A DNA stretch of 17,539 nt from Fimbriimonadia bacterium (GTDB lineage: Bacteria > Armatimonadota > Fimbriimonadia > Fimbriimonadales > JABRVX01), in NCBI GenBank assembly GCA_041483895.1, contig JBGPGO010000032.1, positions 1 to 17,539 on the forward strand. Reading direction: 5' to 3'. Under the pieces are notes generated by a model, which saw nothing but the letters and a program-made list of their open reading frames with translations, searched no databases and was not told the origin of the DNA. Within the stretch, counting starts at the first letter, position 1, and every line of letters starts with the position of its first letter. This document shows positions 6,308-15,196 of the stretch, one piece after another. The translations under genes and the position numbers were made by a program.

Positions 6308-9136
6308 ATGGACCGACATCGAACGGAGCCGACTGGGACAGAACGCGCGGGAAAGATTGTTCCCGTGGTCTCCATCGCTTGCTTCATAGTGCCGGGATTG
6401 GTGTGGGCCGGGTGGCATTTCGATGTTGCCGTCCTGAAAAGCGTCATCCCGGGACTTACGGCGATGAACCCTGTCACCGCCCTCTGCTTTCTCCTCTGCG
6501 GGATATCGCTTTGGATGCTGATGAAGCCGATTTCCTCGCGCAAAGTCCGCTTGATTGCGTCGGTCCTGGTCTTGGCCGTGTTCTTGGTCGCGGCGCAACG
6601 GCTCGCCGCATACATATTTGACTGGGGCTGGTCAGTGGATCGGTTGTTTTTCCGAGCGAAATTGGATTTAAGTCGAATCCCCAATCGGATGGCGCCAAAC
6701 ACAGCCGCGCTATTTCTGCTGGTTTCCGTCAGTCTGCTGGCGATCAACAGTTGCCGGCGAAAGGCAATCGTTGTGGCCCAGGTCTTGGGCGCCCTGATTG
6801 GACTCACGGGGATATTCGCTCTCGTTGGCTATCTGTTCGACGCCATGGTCGCTGCCCAGATGAAAGGCTTCAATGCCATGGCGATTCCAACCGCCTCTCT
6901 CATGGTTCTGCTTGGCGCGGCCGTGGCGCTGATTCGACCGAATCAGGGTCCGGTCACTGTGTTTACCAATGAGCGCTTGGCAGGCAAAGTGGCGCGAAGT
7001 CTCCTGGCTTTTTCTGTGATCGGCCCGCTCGTCCTCGGCTATCTGCGCTTGCAAGGGCAATGGCGGGACTATTACGCGACCGAATTCGGAACGGCGCTCT
7101 ATGCGACCAGCATGGTCGCGATGTTCGGTTTTGTGATTTGGTTGACGGCGCGTTCCGTCGATCGATCGGACGTGCGGCGCGCGGAAGCGGTTGAGGCCAC
7201 CGACAACGAACGGGAGTTTACAAGGCAAGTCGTCGACGCGGTTCCGAGCTTCATCTTTGTCAAGGATCGAGCGGGAAAGTTCAAATTTGCCAATCGAGCT
7301 GTTGCCGAAGCGTACGGTACGAGTCCGGACCGCCTCCTTGGGAAGACTGACGCGGATTTCAGTTCTAATTCCGAAGAAATCGAGGCGTTCCGTGCGCGGG
7401 ATCTCCAGGTCATCGAGTCCCAGCGCGAGCTGACATATACAGAGCCAATGACGGATGCGTCAGGCCAGATCCGTTGGCTCTATACGATCAAACGTCCAAT
7501 TACCCATCCAAACGGGGAGCTGACAGACGGAGTTCTCGGCATCAGCCTGGACGTGACGGACCGGAACCGATTGATGGACGCATTGCAGGGGAGCGAAGAG
7601 CGGACTAATTCGATCCTCTCCTCGATCGACGAGGTGATCTTTTCCACGAGCGCGGATCGAAGCGAGCTGCTGTTCATCAATGAGGCGGCCGCACGAATGT
7701 TCGGTCACCCAATCGACGACCTCATGCGAGATCGCCAGTTGATTCGGGAGAAGTTTCTTCCGGAAGACGCCCTGATCGAGCAGGAGGGAATGGAATTGGC
7801 GGCAGCCGGTCACGCCGCCGATTTTGAATTTCGAATCGTCGGAACGGATGGCGAAATTCGGTGGCTCAATACACGGGCCCGCCGGGTTGATGCCGAAGAC
7901 GGAACTCCGTTGCGGATTGATGGCACGACGCGCGACGTGACCGAGCAGAAGAGATTTCAGGAGGAGCTATCGCGTGCTAAAGATGAGGCGGACCGGGCCA
8001 ATTCCGCGAAGAGCGAATTTTTATCCCGGATGAGCCACGAACTGCGGACGCCATTGAACTCGATCTTGGGATTTGCCCAGCTATTGGAGATGGATGAGCC
8101 TACGCAGAAGCAGTTTGAAGCGGTGAACTATATTCTCAGCGCCGGCCGGCATCTTCTCGCCCTGGTGAATGACGTGTTGGACATCGCCCGCGTCGAAACC
8201 GGCAACTTGGCGATTTCGCTGGAACCGGTGGACGTCGCGGTGGCGATACGAGAGGCGGTGGCGCTGGCGGAACCTGTCGCGCGGGGCCGGTCGGTCCAGT
8301 TAACGGCGGATTTCGACGGTCTGGAGGGAATGCATATCATGGCCGATCGGCATCGTTTTGCCCAGGTGCTGCTCAACCTGCTATCGAACGCCGTCAAATA
8401 CAATACCGAAGGTGGATCGGTTAGCATTTCGACCTACCCAGGCGGGGAAGGCCGGATCCAGATCGAGGTCGCGGACACCGGGCCTGGAATTCCCATCGAG
8501 ATGATGGACCGACTGTTCCGGCCCTTCTAGCGTCTTGGCGCAGAGACGGGGAAGGTGGAAGGCGCGGGACTCGGTTTGGCTCTCTCCCGTGCACTTGTGG
8601 AAGCGATGCACGGAACAATCTCCGTGGACGCCGCGAGAAAACAGGGCTGCGCATTTACGATCGAGCTGCAGATTGTGGACAGCCCTGGAGCGGCGCTGGA
8701 ACCCCAGGATCTAATTTCGACAATTCCAGCAGCGCGATCGGACGACGCAAGTACGGTGCTTTATATCGAGGACAATCCATCCAACATTCGCTTGATGGAG
8801 CATATCTTTGCCGATTGGACGCATGCGCGCTTGCTCGTCGCGATGCAGGGCCGAATCGGCTTGGAGTTGGCAAGGGAGCACAATCCGGATGTTGTGCTGC
8901 TCGACCTGCATCTTCCCGATATACCGGGAAACGAAGTCCTCGCGGAAATGAAGGCGGACGAGCAGCTCCAAGGGATTCCGGTCATTGTGATCAGCGCGGA
9001 CGCGACCCAGGATCGCGTGAAGGCGTTGCTTGCGGCCGGCGCCATGAAGTACATCACAAAGCCGCTGCAGGTAAAGGAACTGATAGAGGCCCTAGACGAG
9101 GTCCTCCGGATGAAGGAGCGCGCAAATGCTGCATGA
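6308..9136 (+). pseudogene. Membrane-bound PAS-PAS hybrid sensor histidine kinase (TM sensor-PAS-PAS-HisKA-HATPase-REC) interrupted by an in-frame TAG at 8528-8530
   Basis: Track ORFs 6278..8530 and 8555..9136 share a frame and read RLFRPF*RLGAETGKVEGAGLGLALS. H box FLSRMSHELRTPL, N box NLLSNAVKYN, G1 DTGPGI, G2 GAGLGL after the stop, receiver IEDN...LLDLHLP...TKP. Start is ATG 6308 or GTG 6278. Confidence 0.85.
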
Positions 9137-11294
9137 CGAGGTGCTAGCCAAGGCTCGGGTTCTCATCGTCGATGACGAGGAGGCGAATTCAACTCTATTT
9201 CTAGCCATGCTGAATCGCGCTGGATTTGCGTTCGTGGAATATGAATCGGATCCTAGGCGAGTGTTGGCCCACGCTCAGAACATCCATCCGAATCTTATCG
9301 TTCTCGACCTCCAGATGCCGGGAATCTCCGGCTTCGATATCCTTGCGGATCGGAAGAACTGGGATGCCCGGCTTCGGGACGTCCCCATTCTTGTATGCAC
9401 CGCTGATTCGTCGGCGGCGACAAACAACCGGGCATTGGCGATGGGCGCCAGCGACTTTGTGACCAAGCCGATCGACCGGGTCGAATTCGTTCAGCGCGCC
9501 CACAATCTCATTGAAACGCACGTCTTGCAACGTCAGTTGGAGGAGCAAAACTTTCAACTGGAGGGTCGGGTTCGCGAAAGAACGGCGGAGCTGCAGGAGA
9601 TTAATCGCTCGCTGGAGACTGAGATCGGCACTCGGAAGGAGACGGAAGCGGCGCTCAAGCAGACCGAGCAGCGATTGCGATTCCTATTCGCGTCAGGTCC
9701 CGCGTCCATCTATTCATTTTCGCCGTTTCCGCCCTATGAAGTCACCTTCGTCAGTGAGAATATCCGCGCCCAGATGGGCTGTGAACCGGAGGAGTTCTTG
9801 GCCAACCCCGCATTTCGATTCGAACGAGTGCATGCCGATGATCGCGCCCGGATTGAAGCCGGCCTCCAGGACATCCACCTGGTTGATCGCCATGTGGAAG
9901 AGTATCAAATCCGTCATCGGAACGGGTCGGATCGATGGATCCAGGATGATGTGATGATCGTGCGTGACCATAACGGAGAGCCGTTGGAGGCGATTGGCGC
10001 TTGGATTGACGTGAGCGAACGCAAGTGGGCGGAGGAAGCGTTGGCCGAGCACGCGCGGGACCTGGAAGCCGCGAACCTGCGCCTCGAAAGCTTCGATCGG
10101 ATGAAGTCGGAATTTGTCGCGACGGCCTCGCATGAAATGCGAACTCCCCTCACGGTGATCCGTGAAAATGCCAGTCAGATCAGAGACGGTGTCGCCGGAG
10201 ACATACCGCCGGAACAGGACGAGATGATGGGCGTGATCATGCGGAACTGCGACCGGCTGGGAGGGTTGCTGGACAACCTGCTGGACCTTCGAAAGATTGA
10301 AGCTGGCCAGATGGCGCTTCGCAGAACCAGGGTAGATCCGGCGACGGCCCTGCAAGGCTGCTATGAGGACTTCAGCGCGACATGCTCGTCGAAAGGGATC
10401 GATCTTGTGCTCGAGGCTCAGGACGGATTGGCGCCGGTGTTGTGCGATCCGGGCCAGATCAATCAATTGCTGATCAATCTGCTTGGCAACGCGGTCAAAT
10501 TCACGCCTGCGGGCGGGCGCATCACATTGTCAGCGAGCGCCGTAGCGGAAGGCGCGGAGTTTGCCGTCCAAGATACCGGCAAGGGAATAGACAAAGACAA
10601 CATCGATAGAGTTTTCGAGGCGTTTTGCCAGGTGGACCGAATTGAAGGCCCGGGCGTTCGAGGAACCGGTCTGGGATTAACGATCTGCAAACGAATTGCG
10701 GAGATGCACAGCACGGACATTCGGCTGGCAAGCTCACCAGGAACCGGCTCTCGATTCAGCTTCTTGCTGCCGGCATGGGACGAACGAGAAGGACTGGCGA
10801 CCTATATCGACGATCGGTGGAAAAACGCGGACAACGAGCGGCTCCCAGCAACTCTCCTGTTGCTTCGGCCTACCGTTGATCGGAGGCTGCCTATTGGGAA
10901 GCTGAGCGCCATCGCTTCGACCGCGTTTCGGGCTATGGACGACGGGCTGGAAACCGCCTCTCTGGGATTGATCGCGTACGTGATGAGAACGGATATCGCG
11001 GGTGTCGAAAAGGCTCTCTTGCGATTGGCAGAGCAAAGAGAACTGTACTCGATTGAGTATTCCGTAATAGAACTTACGCACCCTCAAACGGCTTGGGGGG
11101 CGTTGGAAGCGGCCCGCCGGCAATTCAAAGGATTCGAACCTGTACGATCGGATCCATCCAAACCCGGTGTTTCTTCAGAACCGATCCGGGTTGCAATTTG
11201 GAACAACGGCATTAGTTCTGTAGAGCAACCTGGTGCAATCGGTAAGCCTAACTATGTAAGCCAAGATGCGCTGCAGCCCGACAGCAAAGGATGA
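9126..11294 (+). CDS. Cytoplasmic hybrid histidine kinase REC-PAS-HisKA-HATPase with C-terminal extension (722 aa)
   Basis: Receiver VLIVDDE...VLDLQMP...TKP, PAS (ERVHADDR, YQIRHRNGSDRWI), SHEMRTPL, NLLGNAVKFT, DTGKGI, GTGLGL. Overlaps the upstream gene by 11 nt. Confidence 0.93.
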   Translation: MLHDEVLAKARVLIVDDEEANSTLFLAMLNRAGFAFVEYESDPRRVLAHAQNIHPNLIVLDLQMPGISGFDILADRKNWDARLRDVPILVCTADSSAATNNRALAMGASDFVTKPIDRVEFVQRAHNLIETHVLQRQLEEQNFQLEGRVRERTAELQEINRSLETEIGTRKETEAALKQTEQRLRFLFASGPASIYSFSPFPPYEVTFVSENIRAQMGCEPEEFLANPAFRFERVHADDRARIEAGLQDIHLVDRHVEEYQIRHRNGSDRWIQDDVMIVRDHNGEPLEAIGAWIDVSERKWAEEALAEHARDLEAANLRLESFDRMKSEFVATASHEMRTPLTVIRENASQIRDGVAGDIPPEQDEMMGVIMRNCDRLGGLLDNLLDLRKIEAGQMALRRTRVDPATALQGCYEDFSATCSSKGIDLVLEAQDGLAPVLCDPGQINQLLINLLGNAVKFTPAGGRITLSASAVAEGAEFAVQDTGKGIDKDNIDRVFEAFCQVDRIEGPGVRGTGLGLTICKRIAEMHSTDIRLASSPGTGSRFSFLLPAWDEREGLATYIDDRWKNADNERLPATLLLLRPTVDRRLPIGKLSAIASTAFRAMDDGLETASLGLIAYVMRTDIAGVEKALLRLAEQRELYSIEYSVIELTHPQTAWGALEAARRQFKGFEPVRSDPSKPGVSSEPIRVAIWNNGISSVEQPGAIGKPNYVSQDALQPDSKG

Positions 11295-11298
11295 TTCG

Positions 11299-11811
11299 AT
11301 GAATGAAACTATGAATGTTGTTGTGGAACGGCCCACCGATGACGAGCGGCGGTTAGTCCAAACGAAGGTCGCGCCGCGCCGCCATCGGCTCGATCCAATT
11401 CCCGCGAAGACAGCCACAGCCCGAGTACTGATTGTTGATGATGAACCGGAAATCGCAATCTCTCTCAGCAAGCGGTTGATCCATGCGGGATACGAGGTCC
11501 TTGTGGCACACGACGGATTGTACGCCACCAAGATGGCCTTCAAAGAGCTTCCGGATGTGATTATCCTGGACATTGGAATGCCATGCGGGGACGGCCACAC
11601 CGTCGCCGACCGCATTCGCAACAATCCCCAGACGGTGTTCACTCCGATCATCTACCTGACCGCGAGGACTTCGGATGCCGACAAAGAGCGGGCGGCGGAA
11701 GCCGGGGCATTCGCCTACGTGACGAAACCGTTCCGCGCGGACGAGCTGCTCGCGCTGGTAGATGATGCCGTCAAAGACTGGGAGCGGGAAATGGGAAAAC
11801 ACCTCGCATAG
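11299..11811 (+). CDS. Single-domain response regulator (receiver) with ~40-aa N-terminal extension (170 aa)
   Basis: VLIVDDE, IILDIGMP, IYLTA, TKPF. AAAGGA ribosome-binding site 7 nt before ATG 11299. No output domain. Confidence 0.92.
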   Translation: MNETMNVVVERPTDDERRLVQTKVAPRRHRLDPIPAKTATARVLIVDDEPEIAISLSKRLIHAGYEVLVAHDGLYATKMAFKELPDVIILDIGMPCGDGHTVADRIRNNPQTVFTPIIYLTARTSDADKERAAEAGAFAYVTKPFRADELLALVDDAVKDWEREMGKHLA

Positions 11812-12108
11812 GAGCGAACAGCTCAATGAACAATCGGGGAAGGACTACCCGTAGGCGCCTCGACGACTAGGTGCCGAGATCCACAGTTTTGAACGGTCCG
11901 ACTGGGGGTCTCGGCATCGACCATTAAGAAACTGTCTTTCGATGTATTTTTTGGATGGGAGAACGTCTCTACGCTAGTGACGTCGATTGCGTTCGCGTCA
12001 CGACAGGTCTCCAGGGGCTGCAGCCCGGGGGACCTGTTCCTCTTCGGGCGTATTTTTGACGCTCGCGACGGCCTCACTATTGGGGAAAGAATTTGGCTCT
12101 GACCAGGC

Positions 12109-12138
12109 TGCCCTCCCGTCGAGATCGAAGGGAGGGCA
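12109..12138. terminator. Probable intrinsic terminator between convergent transcription units
   Basis: TGCCCTCCC (12109-12117) pairs with GGGAGGGCA (12130-12138). It sits 5 nt past the prepilin-like gene stop and is followed by CTTT on the plus strand. Confidence 0.6.
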
Positions 12139-12143
12139 CTTTC

Positions 12144-13010
12144 CTATTTCAGGTCCCAGAGATAGGCGTCCCGATCGAGAATTCTCCCCATCCACTCTGG
12201 ACGAACATCGCAACCGGCAGCCAGTTGGGGAATGGTCAGCGCCTTGGCGTGGGTATCGACGAAGATCACGTTCGCATAACCGTTGTGCCACGGCCAGTTT
12301 GCGCCGTAAACACGTGGATCTTTCGGCTGGGTGATCCGCCACGCTCCCACGTACCAGAAAGAGCGGCTGGAAGGATGGTTGGGAAATGTGTCGATGTCGC
12401 GATTCGAGACGGGATCGTGCCAAATGCGGGCCGGCGGATCGACGAGCCACAGGCCTCCGCCCTCCGGCTTTCCGCTGCTCGGATTCCGATCGAGAACGGA
12501 ATCGACAGCAAGAATGCACTTGGTTTTGACCTCAACCTGTTCATCCTTGATGGGAACCGCGGCGTCCGGATAGGCAAGCAACGGAGAGATGTATTGAAGG
12601 CTAAGCCCGAGATTAGAACGAATTGCCCGTCCGTACAATTTGCATGGGTTGTCGTTCGGCTTGCAGGGCCGGCCGTTAACATCCTGCTCCAAATTGATTG
12701 CGTTCTGGTTTGGGTCGATCGGGCAGCTCAATACCCCGTAGCTCTTCGTATAGGGCTGAATGAGCTGGTCCCATAAGAGATCGGGCGCCCCGAGGGTAGA
12801 AGGGTGATATGTGCTGGTGGGATACCGGGTGCCGTTGTCTGATTTGTACATTTCGATCGCCTTTGCGATCTGGTTCATGTTGCTGGAACAGGCGGCCTTG
12901 AGCGCCTGGTTCTTTGCTTGCGCAAAGACCGGGAACAGAATGGCCGCGAGGATAGCTATGATAGCGATGACGACTAAGAGTTCGATTAATGTAAACGCGC
13001 GTAATTTCAT
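12144..13010 (-). CDS. Prepilin-type N-terminal cleavage/methylation domain protein, DUF1559-like (288 aa)
   Basis: MKLRA|FTLIELLVVIAIIAILAAILFPVFAQAK with Glu at +5, CSSNMNQI, LSCP, C-terminal WHNGYANVIFVDTHAK (H-X9-DG variant). GGAGG ribosome-binding site. Confidence 0.92.
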   Translation of the reverse strand: MKLRAFTLIELLVVIAIIAILAAILFPVFAQAKNQALKAACSSNMNQIAKAIEMYKSDNGTRYPTSTYHPSTLGAPDLLWDQLIQPYTKSYGVLSCPIDPNQNAINLEQDVNGRPCKPNDNPCKLYGRAIRSNLGLSLQYISPLLAYPDAAVPIKDEQVEVKTKCILAVDSVLDRNPSSGKPEGGGLWLVDPPARIWHDPVSNRDIDTFPNHPSSRSFWYVGAWRITQPKDPRVYGANWPWHNGYANVIFVDTHAKALTIPQLAAGCDVRPEWMGRILDRDAYLWDLK

Positions 13011-13101
13011 TATTCCTCCCCCGCGACGCTGCCTTCAGGTAACGCCGGCATCTTGCCGGCATTGGGCAGCGCTGCGATAGTTCTAATCGCACTATTGCGA
13101 T

Positions 13102-13130
13102 ACTATATCAGGAAAGCCCGAAAAAGGCAA
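13102..13130 (-). promoter_or_regulatory. Sigma70-type promoter for the prepilin-like gene
   Basis: Minus strand TTGCCT (13130-13125), 17-nt spacer, TATAGT (13107-13102) with extended TGn. Confidence 0.6.
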
Positions 13131-13131
13131 C

Positions 13132-15192
13132 CTACCTCTCTTTAAGACGAGCTTCTTCCCGTTTCGCCTCTTTAATCGCCCTTTCCAGCTTCGGGTCGGG
13201 GTTGTCGTAGTCCAGCGGCTGACGAGAATGAATGCGGAAGGATCCGAAAAACGCACCCTTCAGATAGCCTTTCGATGCTTCAGCTCCCATATCCCGAATG
13301 CTGGCCCATCCGTTCCAACCCACTGCAGGATAAAGATATGTCTCACCATGGCCCTCCTGTGCAATGTCAGGTTTTTTCGCGAGTTCACCCGGTACAAGAA
13401 CCCGTCCAGTCGGCGGTCGAGCCTGATTGAACCGATAGCCATCCGAAGAAAGATCGTCCATCACAATCGCGTATGGTACGGAAGGCTGGAAATAAAATGA
13501 AATCTGAATTTTTGAATTTGCGTGGCTTATCTCTTTTTCCGTCGGATCATTGAGAAAATCCCAACTCGATCCTCGCATGCAGCGGGACGCGAGCAATAAC
13601 TGTTCTGGCGTGAGAACTGAAATGCTTGCACCATCGATATTGGCCTTGAATAAGCCTTTTTGAGTCGGAGTTAAACTCGCCCAAAGCCTCATAAATGCGA
13701 TAGTGGACACATCGGACCATTGTCCCGTCGCTAGATCGTCGAAGCACCGTGCGAGGATGAAACTCGTCCACGCAATCTGTTGTTGGGTGCATCTTCTTGT
13801 GACGTCCGCCATTGTATCGAAGGAAAGAGCCTTGTCCGGATATAGCTCTCTGCAGATGCGGCGTAGAACATTTCTATCAGCGGTCGCATCAAGTTCCGAA
13901 ACTAGTGCCGGATTTTTCAGTTCACCCAATATCCAAGGATCTTTTTTATCCAATCGCAACAGAATTGGGAAAAAAGATTGGAGTACATCGGCTACAGTTT
14001 TCGTCTGCGCCGGCAGGGTGTGATATAGGGATTCGTCTGCTACGGGCAAAATCCAAGATCGGTCAGTTGCATTGGCCAGGATAGATAGAATGGGCGCCAA
14101 ACCCACTGCCATCGGTTCGAGGAAATCTTCCTTAGAGTGCGACCGCACCCAATGGCCGTAGTATTTGGCAAAGTCGCGAAGTCCTTCGTCGTTCAGCCTT
14201 CGCAGTTTCTCCTCAATCGCACAGGGAACTTTGAAGATCGGGTCGTCGGTGGTGCAAGGCATAGGTGGGAGGAACGGCTTGTGGGCCAAAATCTCATTGC
14301 GGATCATGACTGCCATATGCTCCCCTTCTTTGTTGAGAAGCGAGGCGTCCAAGGTAAAACCGGAGTCATCTCCATAAACAAATCGGATTTTCATCTTGTC
14401 GATCGGCTGACCTTCGAAGGATTTCACGATCTTGCCGCTCTCGTCGTACCAAGTGGATTCGATCCCCATTGCGTACGGGTCTTCCCGCTGGCCCGCTTGA
14501 CAACGCTTCCTCCACTCGATTGCCTCGTCCTCGTCGTAGGATGGCAAAAGCCGCTGGAGAGAGGTGGGCTTGCTGGAGTAAACCAAGGCGCCATTTTCAA
14601 TTAGCTGTTGCCAGTCATCGTCTTTCCACGCGGATGCAATTTCAATGGCACTTCGAAACGGATAGGAGCATAGCTGTACTGCTTTTACAATGTCACCCTT
14701 AATCTTTCGGCGGTCCTCGACCTTCATTTTTAGGTATTCGTCAAGGTGCGTTTTTCGTTCTTGAGGGGACAGTTTTCTGGCCTGGTCATAGGAAGCGAGA
14801 AAGTCTTTAGCGGACTTGATTGCGTCGAGCAGCGGTTGGCGCCGGGCGGCCTCTAATCGTTTCTTCTGTTCGGCGTTGTGCTTTAGTGTGTATCGCGGCG
14901 CTTCGACGAGGCCCTCTTCCATCCATGTCATGTCGAAGATGGCCGCGATACGGTTCATGATCTCGGCGAGGGGGCGGTTCTTGACATCGAGGAACAGCAT
15001 CCAGCCCTCGGAGGCCGCTTCCACCTCGAATTTGATGCCCGTTTTCTTGGTCAGCTTTGGCATCAGGTCGGCTAGGGGGAGGCAGCCGAAGTTCTCATTG
15101 ACATTCTGCTGCAGGCGGTCGTCTTGCGCGAAAGCATAGCAGGCGGGAAGCGTCAGGAGCGTCACTGTGAGAGCGATTCGGATTCTTGACAT
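13132..15192 (-). CDS. Exported hypothetical protein with N-terminal STN/secretin-N0-like module, paralog B (686 aa)
   Basis: GGAGGAGG ribosome-binding site before ATG 15192, signal peptide ending AFA-Q, DDRLQQNVNENFGCLPLADLMPKLTKKTGIKF. Colinear with the gene at 15197..17242. Confidence 0.85.
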   Translation of the reverse strand: MSRIRIALTVTLLTLPACYAFAQDDRLQQNVNENFGCLPLADLMPKLTKKTGIKFEVEAASEGWMLFLDVKNRPLAEIMNRIAAIFDMTWMEEGLVEAPRYTLKHNAEQKKRLEAARRQPLLDAIKSAKDFLASYDQARKLSPQERKTHLDEYLKMKVEDRRKIKGDIVKAVQLCSYPFRSAIEIASAWKDDDWQQLIENGALVYSSKPTSLQRLLPSYDEDEAIEWRKRCQAGQREDPYAMGIESTWYDESGKIVKSFEGQPIDKMKIRFVYGDDSGFTLDASLLNKEGEHMAVMIRNEILAHKPFLPPMPCTTDDPIFKVPCAIEEKLRRLNDEGLRDFAKYYGHWVRSHSKEDFLEPMAVGLAPILSILANATDRSWILPVADESLYHTLPAQTKTVADVLQSFFPILLRLDKKDPWILGELKNPALVSELDATADRNVLRRICRELYPDKALSFDTMADVTRRCTQQQIAWTSFILARCFDDLATGQWSDVSTIAFMRLWASLTPTQKGLFKANIDGASISVLTPEQLLLASRCMRGSSWDFLNDPTEKEISHANSKIQISFYFQPSVPYAIVMDDLSSDGYRFNQARPPTGRVLVPGELAKKPDIAQEGHGETYLYPAVGWNGWASIRDMGAEASKGYLKGAFFGSFRIHSRQPLDYDNPDPKLERAIKEAKREEARLKER

Positions 15193-15196
15193 GTGT

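Noticed and set aside
8528..8530. Genome-wide reassignment of TAG to a sense codon
   Set aside because: TAG ends five other genes here (6138, 11811, 12144, 13132, 15197), and the two paralogs stop at TAG at equivalent positions.
11823..12077. 84-aa minus-strand ORF
   Set aside because: GTG start with no ribosome-binding site, it lies beyond a terminator-like hairpin, and it has no protein-like features.
11812..12143. Housekeeping RNA (tRNA, tmRNA, RNase P, SRP) or a known riboswitch
   Set aside because: I could not find the diagnostic motifs of these families on either strand.
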